From contig OZ316898.1 of assembly GCA_973895155.1 (NCBI GenBank), positions 11,989,187 to 12,053,186 of the forward strand: a stretch of 64,000 nucleotides of DNA, given 5' to 3'. Made by a program: the position numbers and the translations under genes. Shown here piece after piece: positions 24,847 to 38,408 of this stretch. The notes beneath the pieces were generated by a model. That model was not told the DNA's origin. It ran no database searches and saw only the letters and a list, made by a program, of their open reading frames with translations. Positions within the stretch are counted from its first letter, which is position 1; every line of letters starts with the position of its first letter. The stretch comes from Marsupella aquatica (Eukaryota; Plantae; Marchantiophyta).

Positions 24847-26406
24847 CACTCTTTACAATATTTAGTGTCACGAAACAATTAGTGTCACCAACAATTAGTG
24901 TCACACACACTAATTAGGGGTAGCCCTTGATTTTCAGTACGTGACACTATTTACCGCCACCCCCAATTTTGAAAATTAAATTAACATATTGAAAAATATT
25001 GATAATTAGAGGTGACTATGTTATTGGTGGTAAACCTAAATTGGACCCACTCCAAAATTATCCAGACTAGCACTCGGGGGTTTCACTTCCACAAAAATGG
25101 CATATCACGTGCGACGAAGGATAGGGTCATTTTATTGGTTCTAAGGTAAGACTTAAGAATTTTTGTAGAAGAACAATAGGGTCTTTTAAATTCAATTTTG
25201 AGACTTATAAGAACATTAGTGTCTTTTTAATCCAATTTTTAGAATATTCCAAGAATATTCCAACTTTATAGGGGTTAAAAAATTAAAAAAAATTCTTACA
25301 TTTTAGGGGGTCCGAGGCCTAAATACGTCGCAGGCGATGGGGAGGTCCCCATATAGTGAGACCCCCCAGGACTAGCAACAACATCTTTTTGTGTGTATGT
25401 TCTTAGAAAGCTTCTTTGTGTTTTAGCTTGTTAGTCTTTGTGTTGACAAATTGATAACATGGCAGGAATGGATTGATCATCATAGCTGGATTTGCTAGAG
25501 CAAGGGAATTCAAAAAGAATCAAGACTATGTCAAAAAGTCACTGGTAATTTGGCTTATCCTCGCTTCACTTCAAAAAGTGAAAGACCCAAAAAATGTGGG
25601 GACTGGAACATTGATAAATCCACACAAACATTGTTTTTGACATTGGCAAGGGACTCTCTAGCTAAGGGGAACAATTCTATTGACAGACATGACATGTCTT
25701 ATGCACAAAATTCAATGATAAACATCGGTTTGTCTCTAAATGTCAATGGCGTATAGTATGAAAATCAACTTCACCTGAGCTTCAAAATAGTATAGCAAAG
25801 TATCGAGTGAATTTTGAAGGGAGTCAAGTTGGCCTTGACATTGATGCTATTGTTGAAGTGGCTCTTGATGTTGGTGAACCAGGTGAAGAGCCAGCTCAAC
25901 CCACTTCTATTGGGGCTGTATGCCGTTTGACTTGCAAGGATGAGACACAAGGGACAGGTTATGAGAGAGTAAAAATGATGTTAGTTTGTAACTTATGTGA
26001 GATAGCATGTGTTATTCGTAGTTGATAGAAGTGAATCAAACAAATCTTGTTTGCTCACTGTGGTTGAATACCCCAACTGCAATTTTGTGTTATGTGAGAA
26101 AGAGTTATAAATTTTTGAAGTTTGCTCAATGTTTGAGTAGTATATATGGAAGGAGTCATAAGTTTCAGAAGTTTTCTCAATGTTTGAGTAGTAAATTTTG
26201 TAAACTGTAATTAAATATTGTGCATATTTTTTACTAGAATTGTCCATTCTATTTTTTTAACTTAAGTGTATGTGACACTATTGACTTGTGACCATAATTA
26301 GTGTCATACTATATTAGTGTCACACACCCTAATTACCATCACTTATCTCAAATATAACCTCACAATAATTGGAGTGTGTGAGACTAAATACTATTAATAG
26401 AGAGTG
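24847..26406. mobile_element. Non-autonomous TIR element with TA flanks (Tc1/mariner-like)
   Basis: TA|CACTCT.....ATTTAGTGTCAC ... GTGAGACTAAAT.....AGAGTG|TA; TAGTGTCAC subterminal repeats at both ends. Confidence 0.55.
25073..25369 (-). mobile_element. hAT-type MITE, copy 2
   Basis: Reverse-orientation copy of the same family; 8-bp TSD GACTAGCA at 25065-25072 and 25370-25377. Confidence 0.92.
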
Positions 26407-29181
26407 TACCTAACAGTGTTGATTTAGGGGGTCCATCAAGCAAATGCCTCTCTCTCTCTCTCTTGCCCTGCCTTTCACAATTTGCAAGTTAGCAGCTTGG
26501 CGGAAAAACAAGTCACCTTGCATATTGGCGCATACTACAACTCACCCATTTAACCTGCCCTGTATTGTGTCACGTACAGAAAACTTGTTTCAGAGTGATT
26601 TTTGGCTCCTCCCAGCATAGTTTTCCAAATTCACTTGTCAGATTTATGGAGTACACATCCCTTTGAGGGGGTTATGGGCTGTAATGCCCAAGGGCTACGT
26701 ACCTTGTGATCCAGGAAGTACAGCCATACCCCCATTGAGGAGATGATTTACCCTAAACACTTACTCGGTTGGCCATGTGCAGTTGTGCACTATGCTTGAT
26801 TGAACGGTTGGAAAGACAATCTGTCCCAAACAAATAAAAAACATTTGACCTATTCCTCATATGTTCCTCATATGTTTATGAATTATACATATTTTAATAA
26901 ACTGAATAGGGTTTGTTAAAAGCTTGAAAAAACTTGCACCAAAAGGTACACTGAACTCTTAGAATGGGTCCACAATATTTTCTACAGAATTGTACGTTAT
27001 TAGAGCAGTACTTGAGCTTGGCATGAGCACCTCTCGCCAGCTAAGGCCTGTCAGATCGTACCGTCCTAATTGTTCATCGGATCTCATATGAGACAATCGT
27101 TCATCTTATCTCATATGAGACAAACTTGTGTCGGTGGGAGGAACAGAAATTTTCCTGAATATACACTTAAAAAGTTTTACCAAGAATCACAAACTTTGTC
27201 AAAGGGAAAGAAATGTTCAAAAACTCATTAATTTTATTATTATTCGAGCCAAATTATTTGTCTCCGGTCAGATTCCTCTTTATGACCTTCCAAAATAATT
27301 TACTCATGAGCTCCACCTGGTGTTTAAGTTTGTTTCTAAATAGTACTCTACACCTTGTTCTTTGGCTGTCATTTGAGACTATTGGGCTTGTTGGCTTTTA
27401 GATCTTCCTGGTTGTTTTCCTTTGCTCTCCGTTCATTAGGTTTGTCGCCTTTCTGGACCCTGTCTTTTGTCCTTTTCAATATTATATATATACTATGGTG
27501 AAACTGAAACTCTTAATCATGGACCACCCAATCCCAGATGGATTGGAGAAAAACTGTTTTGATTTCGCACGCATCAATAGTAAGCTGGTCCATATGGGTT
27601 GCAAGGTTCATGAGAGTGGTCCATTCCCAATTACTTCCCCCCAAAAATAGTAGGCCTTTTGGATCCTGTCTTTTGTTCTTTGCAATAACAGGGTGCCTCA
27701 AACCTTCCAAGTAAGCAGAATGTTTTTGGTCCTGAAACTACTGTACCAGTTTTGATCAGCTATCATTAGTATGCAGAAAAAAAGTTTTGTGTCCACCACT
27801 TATTTTCCGGAAAATCTCCCTTGACCACAGCCAGAGGCAAAACCAAAAAGATGGGGACACCCTAATATATATATATACGCAATGGTGAAACTGAAACTCT
27901 CATGACCTAAAAGTTTAACACACTTTTGTGGATAGACCAACCCATCCCAAATGGATGATAATGGCATAAGACCAATACTTATGGCAAAAAAAACTATCAA
28001 TTTGGTATTACTTAACTTTTTGTATCCAAAACCTGCAACTATGGAGTTAAGGTCCATCAATTTGAACATTGAGACGAATGATGAAACTGAACCTCTCATG
28101 ACCTAAACATTTAACACAATTCGTGGATGGGCCAACCCATCCCCAATGGACTGGAGAAAAACCTAGTTTCGCACTCATCAACAGTGAACTGGTCCATCCG
28201 GAATTACCTTCCGTCACTGGCTCGCAGCGATGATCCAGCTCCCCGTCCCCCTTCGTTTCCCTTGTTTATGCTTGCTAGTTAGGTAGCTCTCAATCGCTCA
28301 ATCCAGCACCTCCAGCTTTCCATCTTCCTCGTTACTTGTGCTGTTGCTCTCCATCTCATCGCGTTCTGGATTCCTGACACCGTCCAACTCGTTTCTCACG
28401 ATGGATTCGTAGCGGGAATTGTCGGCGATGGCTAGAGCGCCAGACCGTGTAAAGAACAGTCGTCGAAGACTTTTGACGAGATTGACAAGAGATTCTACGA
28501 ATTGACCGACAGGATGCTCGCTTGAATGTCGAGATCGCTTCGTCAGTAGGATGCAGGCGAGGTGAGAGCAGCTACGTTTCGATCGTCCAGATAGCTTTAG
28601 GAGTTCGGTGAACTCCCGGCTGTCAGATGCCGCCGCTCCGAGTGTTCACAACTGAAGTCTTGTCGAGAGTAGGAGGGGACTAGCTCAAATACGCGTGCCT
28701 ATGCACTGGAAGCGACTCCCGTACCCAGATTCCTCATACCGTTCTTAGGCACTTCGATAGCGAATTATAGGAGACATAGATAGAGATGGACTTGTGCAAG
28801 AAGAGAGCACCAGAGAATCGGTCAAGTAGACTTCGATCGCGAATTACAGTATAGATAGATGGACATGGTGGGCAAGGAGAGAGCAGTGCGAAGAATCGGT
28901 CCGATAGAGTTTGATAGCAAATTGTAGTCAGATATAGAGACAGTCAGATGGACGTGTGCAAGAACGGAGAAGTGGAAAGAATCTGTCAGATGAGAATACT
29001 TTTGAAGGAAGTTCGTGCGCATTTCTACGAGGACGGTTACAGTGGGGTGATGCCGCGACGATTGGATCTACAGGCTGGCTGTGGGGATCATTTCGTTCGA
29101 CTTGCCTCTAAAACGCTTGAGCCCGAGTGACAAACGTGCTCCAATCGATCCAAAGCAGTGTGGCTTTCAGCGCTAGACGAG

Positions 29182-29619
29182 ATGGGATCTGCAGAACGGT
29201 CGGTATTGGGACAGCGTCGGGAGCACTCCAAATTTGAATGTGCGAGGGATGGAAATATTGAGCAGGGACCGGACTCTCGTGGTGGACGTACGATTCGGGT
29301 GGTGATCTCCAGACAGCAGTTGGCAAGGCTTTTGGCGGAAGGAGCCATCAAGAAATCATCATCCGGTTGCAAGGTGTTATTGCCACCATCTGCGCTTCAA
29401 AATGACGTATCACCGCTTGTAGGCGACCTGGGGCGAATAATCAGAAACGCAATGAAAATCACACGACGTCCTGCTTCTCGATGGTCACCCAGGCTTGACA
29501 CCATAACCGAGGCTCCTCGTCAGTTAACGAGATCGCCTGTCATTACCAGAAATTGTGAAGCAGTGCAGGATTTCTTGCAAACAAAGATGGCGAACCTACC
29601 GATCGAAGTTACTGATTAG
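29182..29619 (+). CDS. Small plant protein, DUF4228/PADRE-like C-terminal motifs
   Basis: TIRVVISRQQLARLL and WSPRLDTITE match the V(K/R)xxI(S/T)xxQLxxLL and WxPxLxxIxE motifs of this plant family. Start is uncertain. Confidence 0.65.
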   Translation: MGSAERSVLGQRREHSKFECARDGNIEQGPDSRGGRTIRVVISRQQLARLLAEGAIKKSSSGCKVLLPPSALQNDVSPLVGDLGRIIRNAMKITRRPASRWSPRLDTITEAPRQLTRSPVITRNCEAVQDFLQTKMANLPIEVTD

Positions 29620-30769
29620 CTGAATGTAGAGACTTCCCGTAGAGGTTGTATATTCATAATTATTTGGTGATCGTGTTAGGGACGGTCACCGGATCCCCGA
29701 GGGTAATGAACTTGAAAGCATGTGAATGGACGTGTCTTGCAAGGAGTATTGTTCGATCAGTTGAGATGCCTTAATCCGAGATTGAATCCAGTGCCTCTGA
29801 ATGCTGAATGTATAGAGTACACCGTTTCCCAAGGAGCAAGTCAAATTTCGGGTGGCGTAGGATTATCAGCTCGCGATTTGGGAGGAAAATGTAGTGATAT
29901 TGGAGGCGGCATCAGTGCATGTACGGGCTTGCTAGCTTCTTGGCCTTTTGGTGTTTATGCTGTGCTTACGGTCCCGTTATTACGGTCCAGTTAGAGACTT
30001 CTGTAAATCTGAAAATTCTGTCAAAATTCCATGTCATCCTATAAATATTCAACCATTAGATGGTTTGAATCCAATCATCTACATCCATTTTGTGTGTGAA
30101 GACTCGTGTGAAAGCTTGTGTGGTCTCTCAACTGAAAATGAACTTTCCTACCATTAGATGTTATAAATTCAACCATCCAGATTCATTTTGTGTGTGAATA
30201 TCGTGTGGTCTCTTAGCTCAAAAATAACTTTTACATCATTAGATGTTTTGAATCCAATGATCTATTTTGCTTTTGTGTGTGAAACCTCGTGTGAAGAGTA
30301 ATGTCACTTCTCTACACAAACAACTCTATTAAACTAAACCTATCCATGCTTAGATGTTGACATAACTAGATTATGACCTTTATGGTGCCTAAGGAATAAG
30401 AAGAACTTGGGGAGTAGGTCGGCTTTGAAAAAAATCAATATTTGATAAATCTCCAACTTGGGTATTAATATTTTAAAGGGCAATTTAATTGCAATAAAAT
30501 AAAATAAATAAGCTTGGTAAGCAACATATAAAGCATTCTCTCAACCTCTTGATGTCATACAAGTAAAATGGGAAAGAATATTAGAAATATAAATAGTGGT
30601 GAAAAATCATGAGGAAGGTGGGGTGAATAAGCGAGGGTTTGGTCATGGGAAACTTACATTGAAGTTTAATGCAAGGATTATTACAATGTTAACATGTGAA
30701 AGGGTCTAGTTATGAAAATATTGTTTTGAAGTGGTATTGAATGTTAGATTTTTGGAATATAAACTCTAG

Positions 30770-31480
30770 AGTATTATAACCTTGTTTTTAAGTTACAACT
30801 TGACAAACAATACTCAAACCCTTGAATATATGTGTACCAATTGCTTTAACTTATGACCTTATTGATTTTGAAGTTACAAATGGGATCAAACCCTAAGTTG
30901 ACAGAACCCTTGTAGATGTGTGTACCAAAATGCCTTGACTTGTAACTTTCCTGGATAACCTAATTTTGATTTTGAAGTTACAACTAGGGTCAAGCAGTAC
31001 ACTAACCCTTGTAGATGTGTGTACCATAATGTCTTAACTTGTAGTTACCTTCATGAATTTTATAAGTTAAAACTGGGGTCAAACAGTACACCGACCCTTG
31101 TAGATGTGTGTACCAGAATGCCTTAACTTGTAACTTTATATTGATTTTAAAGTTACAAATGGGGTCAAACAATACACTGACCCTTGCGGATGTGTGTATC
31201 AGAATGCCTTAACTTGTAACCTTATATTGATTTTATAAGTTACAGTTGGGGTCAAACAGTACACTGACCCTTGCAGATGTGTGTACCAAAATGACTTAAC
31301 TTGTAACTTTATATTTATTTTGAAGTTACAATTGGGGTCAAACAATACACCGACCCTTGCGGATGTGTGTACTAGAATGCCTTAACTTGTAACCTTATAT
31401 TGATTTTGAAGTTACAATTAGGGTCAAACATTACACCGACCTCTGGATATGTGTGTACTAGAGTTTATTGCCTTAACTTG
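30770..31480. repeat. ~86-87-bp minisatellite, ~8 units, each with an internal inverted repeat
   Basis: AAACA.TACAC.GACCCTTG..GATGTGTGTACC...TTGTAACTT...AAGTTACAA.TGGGGTC; unit starts e.g. 31081, 31167, 31254. Confidence 0.92.
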
Positions 31481-33624
31481 AATAATATGATATGGACCTT
31501 ATAATTATAGTACCCGATTGATAATAAACTTAAGTGAATAATTTTAGGTACAAAGAGCTAACTTCTCCATTTTTGGAATCCAACAAAAGGCAAATTTCAC
31601 TTTCTTAATATGTAATGCCCTAAGATAACCATAACAATATGAAACAAGATTACAAAAGACTCATCTACCTACCAAGAGCATTGTTTTCTACAAATAAATT
31701 GCAAATTACAATTACTTATAATTTTTTTAAGATTGCATAAATATATTGTGTTGATTCAAATAAAAGCTCTAAGTGTTGTGACAAATAATTAATATACTAA
31801 TATTTGCACATCCATATATGATAATGTTACAAATTTTTAGCTAATCTGATAATTTTTTTGAAAATAAACACTATTATGATCAATATTACATAAATGAAAA
31901 TTGGATTTTAAAGTATAGATAGATTCCATGCTTGATTTAGCTTTATGAGTGAACAACTTTAGCAATCACATTTATTCAACGAGGAATAAAGAGAGAAACA
32001 AACCTCTATTTCAAGCTTAGATGATAGCTTGGGGTTGTTTCTTAGTGATGCCAAAATTTGTCTACAAATTCACACAAAATTGCTCATGTCAATTGAATGG
32101 ACAAAATATCAAGTTACTTCACAAATAACAAATAAATACAAATTCTAGTCATAAAAAACATGCACTGATATAAACATTTACCTTGATGGTAGTCACCATG
32201 AGAAATCTTAAAAAAATATCTTGTATGCCACTTGAGTGTAGCTCCCCTAGGCCTTATTCAAACATATTCCTTGAATACACACCAAACAAGTCATAAACAT
32301 AATGTCAAAACTCACTTGCACATTCAAGACTAATCAACTATTCTCAAAACATTAAACTATTCTATTATTATAAAATCTCTACAAAAATAAGCCTATGACT
32401 TTCTATTGATTAGTAAAACATACATTTAAAAAACAGAAATTAAGTTAGTATGTTTCTTCTCTCATGAAGGTGCCTGTGTATAAAGTTATTCTTTTCCCAA
32501 CATGATCATTATGATTCTACACTTATGGGTTTTTTCTTTGTTTCCATTTGCCATTAAAATTGATGAGAATTTTGTTTTTGTCATTACTAGACAAATCATG
32601 ATGAATAAATTACACTTTCCAAACAAAAAGTATATTTGTCTCCCCACAAAACAATTAAAAAACCAATGCTATAAATAGTTTTTGAGTTTATGAATTTGTT
32701 TGTTAGCGATGTCAACTTTTATTATGCAAACTTCAAATACTTTTAAAAACATCTCATAATTTTATAGACAAGTCCAATGCATAATTATCCATTGCACAAA
32801 AATATTGCAAGACAATGAAATGCAGGTGATTGCCTAGCTCCTTGCCTCCAAGATAGTTTGTTGCTCACCCTTGTGATGAATAATTTGTCACTCGAAAAAG
32901 CAAGGTGATTGCTACAGTGAGGAGTTGCAATGTGAAATACATAGAGAGGTGAAAAGAACATGAGAGAAATGGAGACAAACAAAGGATGACAACATTATGT
33001 AGCACGCTAAAAGCTCCTTCCAAATTCTTGGCACTGTATTTGGGCACATCATAGAGTATTGGCAAACTTGATAACCAGGAAAGACCAGGAAAGAGAATTA
33101 GTAAAACAAACAAATACAATATTATCAATGTGTTAAAAAAATTGAGTTGGACCCACATACTAGTTCTGGATATCCTTGATGTAGTGTCGTTTCTCGAGAT
33201 CTGATGGTCTGGCCGGAGTCATTGCATATCATTTCCATCAGCGACAGACGGTAAAACCTGAAGTGGAGCATCGTGCATTAAAAATCTCTCTTGTGACATC
33301 ATTATCCGCATCACATCAAGGGAACTGCATGGGTCCAACCGCACGCGCAATGAATTATTAATTATGAATGACAATGCCATTACTCAATTTGACTCCTCGA
33401 AGATTTCTTTTAGAGAATTGGACACTCCCCAAGACAATGTGTCTGTAGATAGCCCTCTCCCATTCAATAGCCCACATCCTTATTGCATCAATTCGCATCT
33501 CCTCGTAAGGGTTGAATAATTGAGGTGACCTGGCTCCTAGGCCCTTTCTTGATACTCCCTTAATATGAGACCAATATCAATTAGTACTTCCAGTCCACAT
33601 AATTATGATTACTTGGTTGCCCAT

Positions 33625-34022
33625 CGATCACATTGGGAGAATGTGATACTAAAGAACGAGAACACATCGTAAAACACAAACAAACAGTGTGGGCATGAAC
33701 GAAATTGGTTGAAAGACAATTGTGACTATCGATCACATTGCATCACATTGGGAGAATGTGATACTAAAGGAACGAGAACACATAGTAATACACAAACAGA
33801 CACTGTGGGCATGAACGAAATTGGTTGAAAGACAATTGTGACTATCGATCACATTGCATCACATTGGGAGAATGTGATACTAAAGGAACGAGAACACATA
33901 GTAATACACAAACAGACACTGTGGGCATGAACGAAATTGGTTGAAAGACAATTGTGACTGTATTTCCACAAAGTGTATTCCAGTTACAATTGTGACTGTA
34001 TTTCCACAAAGTGTATTCCAGT
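33625..34022. repeat. ~116-bp tandem repeat x3 followed by a ~36-bp duplication
   Basis: ATCACATTGGGAGAATGTGATACTAAAG...GAAAGACAATTGTGACT three times; ACAATTGTGACTGTATTTCCACAAAGTGTATTCCAGTT twice. Confidence 0.9.
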
Positions 34023-36559
34023 TTTTTCCCCTAAGGGTACATAAAGGCCACGGACAGTCCTGTCCAGCACAGAGCTAGGACGAGGGGTCTGAAATTCAAA
34101 CAAACCAAGACACGTAAACCTTGCATGACATTTACAGTGTAAGCGAAACTGAGAAGCTTAACACAAAAGTGAACGAAACAACAGCCGTAGATCAAGACAG
34201 AGATCCAACGGTCGATCAAAGACGAGACAGAGAATTTCCTGTCAAAGAGAATGATGTCAATCAATGGCAAAGAATGCACAGACAATGCCCCCTACCTTAG
34301 TGGGTACAGTGTGCCTACTATTCCTTTGACTCCAGTATAGTATATTGACTCCATTTAGCCTACTCTATGCTTTAGGAGGTTGCTTGCTCTTGGATCTGAC
34401 AAGTTGAGACAACACCTTCGAAGGCAAGTGAATCCGGCAGCAGTGGCAGCGCAACTAGCCGCTTGGGCTGACCTGGTCGTCTTCACAAGTTTCTCCACGA
34501 AGCCATTTCACCGGATCGAGGACAATTCCAGTTCTTGCTGCATTTGTCCTGGCTTCTGAAGTTCTGTCAAGCGCGCGCGAGATTTTATCTGTCACAAGTC
34601 AAATGCGTCGTACAGGTACTATTAGAAGGATGGGGGGAAGATTTGGTGAAGACTCCCTGTAGATCACGATACTTTAAGAAGAAGCTGTTAGTGTTCATCA
34701 CCGAGATGACCTGTTTGTACATGAGGCCTCATCTTATCCAGGATGGAAGGTAAGTATAATAACATACATGATTGTCATGGGAGAGGACGCTTTCACAGTT
34801 TTAGCGGAGATTTCACCTTCCAATGAAACATGAAGGAATCAGTTAGTATATGCTGATACACGAATCACTTCATGAATGAGGCTGTCTGGTGACTCAAATC
34901 TTTGGTGATTGATGTTTTGCTTGACAGTACATGAAAGTCTCACATGATTGTATCGCCCAAGGGATAGTACTTCACATTATATACCGAACAACCTTGTGGT
35001 GAGAGATCGTTAACTTCACTGCAGTTAACCTCTCACATGATTAAATGCTGTATCCTACACCGTCAGCCTGCACAGTCAACTTGAAGATTGAAAGACAACT
35101 TCACATTCGGAAATTTGGATAACAGTCTCCCAGCATTGTCATGTATCGTCGTCCACCGTTCTGCACAATTATACTCAGCCTAAAGAGGAAATTCACGGCA
35201 TTCTCTGTTTTAGTTCACATCGACTTTCCCTACCGAGAGACTACTCTTAAGCTAAATTCGTTGTTAAGGTACATCAAGCTTCTCGCTTACAGAGGATTCA
35301 CGAGAACGGTTTGCAGGGAGGAAACTTCAATACCAAATTCAACGCCGTCAGTGCAGTGAGAATCTCAGACCAACTGGCATTTCATGTCAGCGAGACAATG
35401 AGTCAATTTCAAAAAGTAGCGGCAGGGAGACTTCCAATGCGGGGAGTCTTCAAATTAAGCTTAATGGCGCAGCATCGTTCAGGATTTTTCCTTGATCTAA
35501 GCTTTTGAATACTCGTCCCAGTTCGTTATGGTGTTTTTGGTTCGTGAATGAAAGCGTTCCAGAACTTATTTTTCAAGTTGATCAACTTCGATAGAAAAAT
35601 GCTTCGATGGTTCGTACGGGCGTTTGAGAAACCGGACCCACCTATCACGCAGCATTCAGTCCTGGACCGTATCAACGTCACCCCCAGCAGCAGCCGCCCT
35701 GCCGCCGGGACTTGTCTCGAACCACGTGGGGCTCAGAAATGCAAGACAAGTCGACGACCTTTCTCTGCCTTTATTGCTCTTCTACATTATTATCATTCTG
35801 TCCCTTCTCCTCTAAGATTCCAATGCAGTAATCCCCCTTCTTGCTCATTACTAGCTCCGCTCTCTCGCCGAGCCGGAGCTGTTGCAGGAGCAGGGAGGCG
35901 GAAGAGATTCGTTCAGGATTTTTACTAGGGGACAGAGGGAGATGGCCGTCCAGATTCTCCCAAAGATGACTCATTCAGGAGCAGGAGATTTTGAATAATG
36001 AGGACAATTCTTGACTTTGAAGAGCAGCGAGGGTTGGAGACTCATACTAGGAGCAATGCGGGCAGAGGAAATTCTAATGTGGAGCGCCTCCTATGGCGAC
36101 GTTCAAGGTCTTGGAACTTTTCCACCAACATGGAACAGATCATGAATCTAGGAGAAATGAGAAAATCATACCCTTGACTGGAGATTCCGGGGGCTATTAG
36201 GAATTTAGCTTGGAAAATCATTGTGTACACTTATGAAGGGAAAAAGAGAACATTTAGAGTGTATCCAGTTTTTAAATGGTTCCTTTCCCTGGCCCGCACT
36301 AATTTCCGTGCACCCTTCAATATTTCAACACCTTACGAGACAGATGACATCCAAGATAAGAATGAAAATGTTAAACTACAGTAACTGAAAGCTCTCCTTC
36401 CTTCAAAACAGTCACCCTAAACTTTAGTTAAAATAAAAAATAATAATAATAATTTTATTTTTTTTCCTTTAGTTTTCTAAATCCTACCTACTGCAAAATG
36501 TGACAAAATCATAAGTGTACGGTACAATCATCAGATTTGATCTTGCGTCATTCAAAGTG

Positions 36560-36890
36560 AAATGTGCAGCTAACTAAATTGCCTCTTTAAGTGCCTCACT
36601 ATTGTGTTCACTTTCGGTGCGTGAACACTGCAGCTAACAAATTTGCCTCTCTAAAGTGCCTCGAAATTGTGTCCTCCTTTGCGTACACTATGCAACTAAC
36701 AAAATTGCCTCCCTACAGCACCTCGAAATTGTTCTCCTCTGTGCGTGAACTCTGCAGCTGACATAATTGCCTCTCTACAGCACCTCGTTTTTTTCTTTCC
36801 TCTGGGTGTGAACTCTGCAGCTAAGAAAATTGCCTGTCTGAAGTAACTCGAGATTGTATCGTTTCTCCTCTGTCTCCTCTGTGCGTTAAC
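36560..36890. repeat. Degenerate ~58-62-bp tandem repeat (~5 units) downstream of the F-box gene
   Basis: TGCAGCTAA...TTGCCTCTCTA.AG..CCTCG recurs. Confidence 0.75.
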
Positions 36891-37232
36891 TCTAAAGAAA
36901 AATAAATTTGTTTTTCTAAAGCGTCTCTTGTCAGATGCGCGACAAAACTAAGCTCTAAGTGTATAATAGTCTTTCTAATCCCTCGCAAGATTCGAAATCT
37001 GCAACCAGAGCTCTTGCCAACAATTGATCAGTTTAGACTGCCATTCCAAAATACTACGTTACTACCAGTCACTGTGATGGTTCCTGAACTGACGTACTTT
37101 TAGTATGACATTCTGAGCTATCGTCTTAGACTGCGTCACAGTCTCGCTGGAAATATCCCTCTGCTCACTCCATCCGCCTTCCCGGCCAGTTGAGGAGGAG
37201 GCAAATGGCTCGTGTAATGAAGATTTGCCAAA

Positions 37233-38408
37233 TTAAACGCGGGATCGCAGCGACGGCTTGAAGACGAAAAATTGGTCCACAGATGATAGCCCATTAGCTA
37301 GGAAACGGCACTCGGGAAGCGCGCTCCAAAAGTTCTTAGAAGAATTGTAGACGAGTACAACCGACCCATCATAGGTAGAAACATAAATAGCGTCCCCATG
37401 AGCAGCACATTTTAGAGAATCATATGCACCACACTTGTAGCTCAAGTACTTCTCACACAGCTCTTGTGGGACAGTGGAGATCTCCTTCCAGCTCACCACC
37501 GACTCGTCTAGCTTCCATATCTTGAGCGCCGTTGGTTCAGGCGTCTCTCCTTCTTTCCAGCATGGATCGAACCCAGCCACCATCGCAAGAGTACCCATAC
37601 TATCAACCAAATGCGGATACACAGCAAAGCTGGGCAGGCCAGCTGAGAATTCACTCCACTCACAGCCACCCTCGACCAGCTCCAGCTTCAGAACCTTCGA
37701 GGGCAAGCAGGTGATAGCGTATAGACACTCATTTATGATCACTCCGTCGGACTCAAATCCGGTCACTTCTGATGGGACCCTTCCGCTCGTATACCACGAT
37801 CTTGTGAACGAATCAAAAACCTTTGTGCTCAAGTCAGTCAAGCCATTGAAGCCAGCCTCGATGATCTTATACCTGCCTCCTTGCTGAAAGCCTGGATTTC
37901 GAGAAATAGCCATGGAAGTTAAAGTCCCAGCTGACACCATCTTCATACTCTTCTCTACGTCGATAATAGGAGGCAATTCCCTCCAGGTCTTGGTCAAGGG
38001 ATTGCAAGTGAGATAGATTGTGGTGCTGGCGACTGTGGCGTGGAGATATAGTAGACCTCCGGCGCACGCAATGACGGAGATGTCGACCATTTCTGAAGGC
38101 AAGAAGCGCAGCGACAATTCATTCCACTTGCTCAGTCCCACATTGAAGACATGGACAGTGGGACTCGGGTGAGACCCGACTGTGGTGAGGCAGAGAAGAC
38201 ACGACTCAGGCCGAGAGGAAGAAAAACCCGGAAGTACTTCCGGCGATCCCCGAGCAGCAGATAGCCATGAGTTCCATCGCTTGCAAACACAACGAAATCG
38301 CAGAAGATCTGGAATGGGCAAGAATGCAAGGAGCTTTTCGATGATGTCTTCTGGTAGTCCGCTCCAGAGCCTCTCATCCATCCCTCTGTAACCTCGCTGA
38401 AAACTCAT
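37233..38408 (-). CDS. Intronless F-box protein, F-box/kelch-repeat (SKIP-like) type
   Basis: N-terminal F-box LWSGLPEDIIEKLLAFLPIPDLLRFRCVCKRWN; GGLL...CNPLTKTWRELPP and VFDS.TRSW propeller motifs; C-terminal FVFKPSL typical of plant F-box/kelch proteins. Confidence 0.92.
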   Translation of the reverse strand: MSFQRGYRGMDERLWSGLPEDIIEKLLAFLPIPDLLRFRCVCKRWNSWLSAARGSPEVLPGFSSSRPESCLLCLTTVGSHPSPTVHVFNVGLSKWNELSLRFLPSEMVDISVIACAGGLLYLHATVASTTIYLTCNPLTKTWRELPPIIDVEKSMKMVSAGTLTSMAISRNPGFQQGGRYKIIEAGFNGLTDLSTKVFDSFTRSWYTSGRVPSEVTGFESDGVIINECLYAITCLPSKVLKLELVEGGCEWSEFSAGLPSFAVYPHLVDSMGTLAMVAGFDPCWKEGETPEPTALKIWKLDESVVSWKEISTVPQELCEKYLSYKCGAYDSLKCAAHGDAIYVSTYDGSVVLVYNSSKNFWSALPECRFLANGLSSVDQFFVFKPSLRSRV

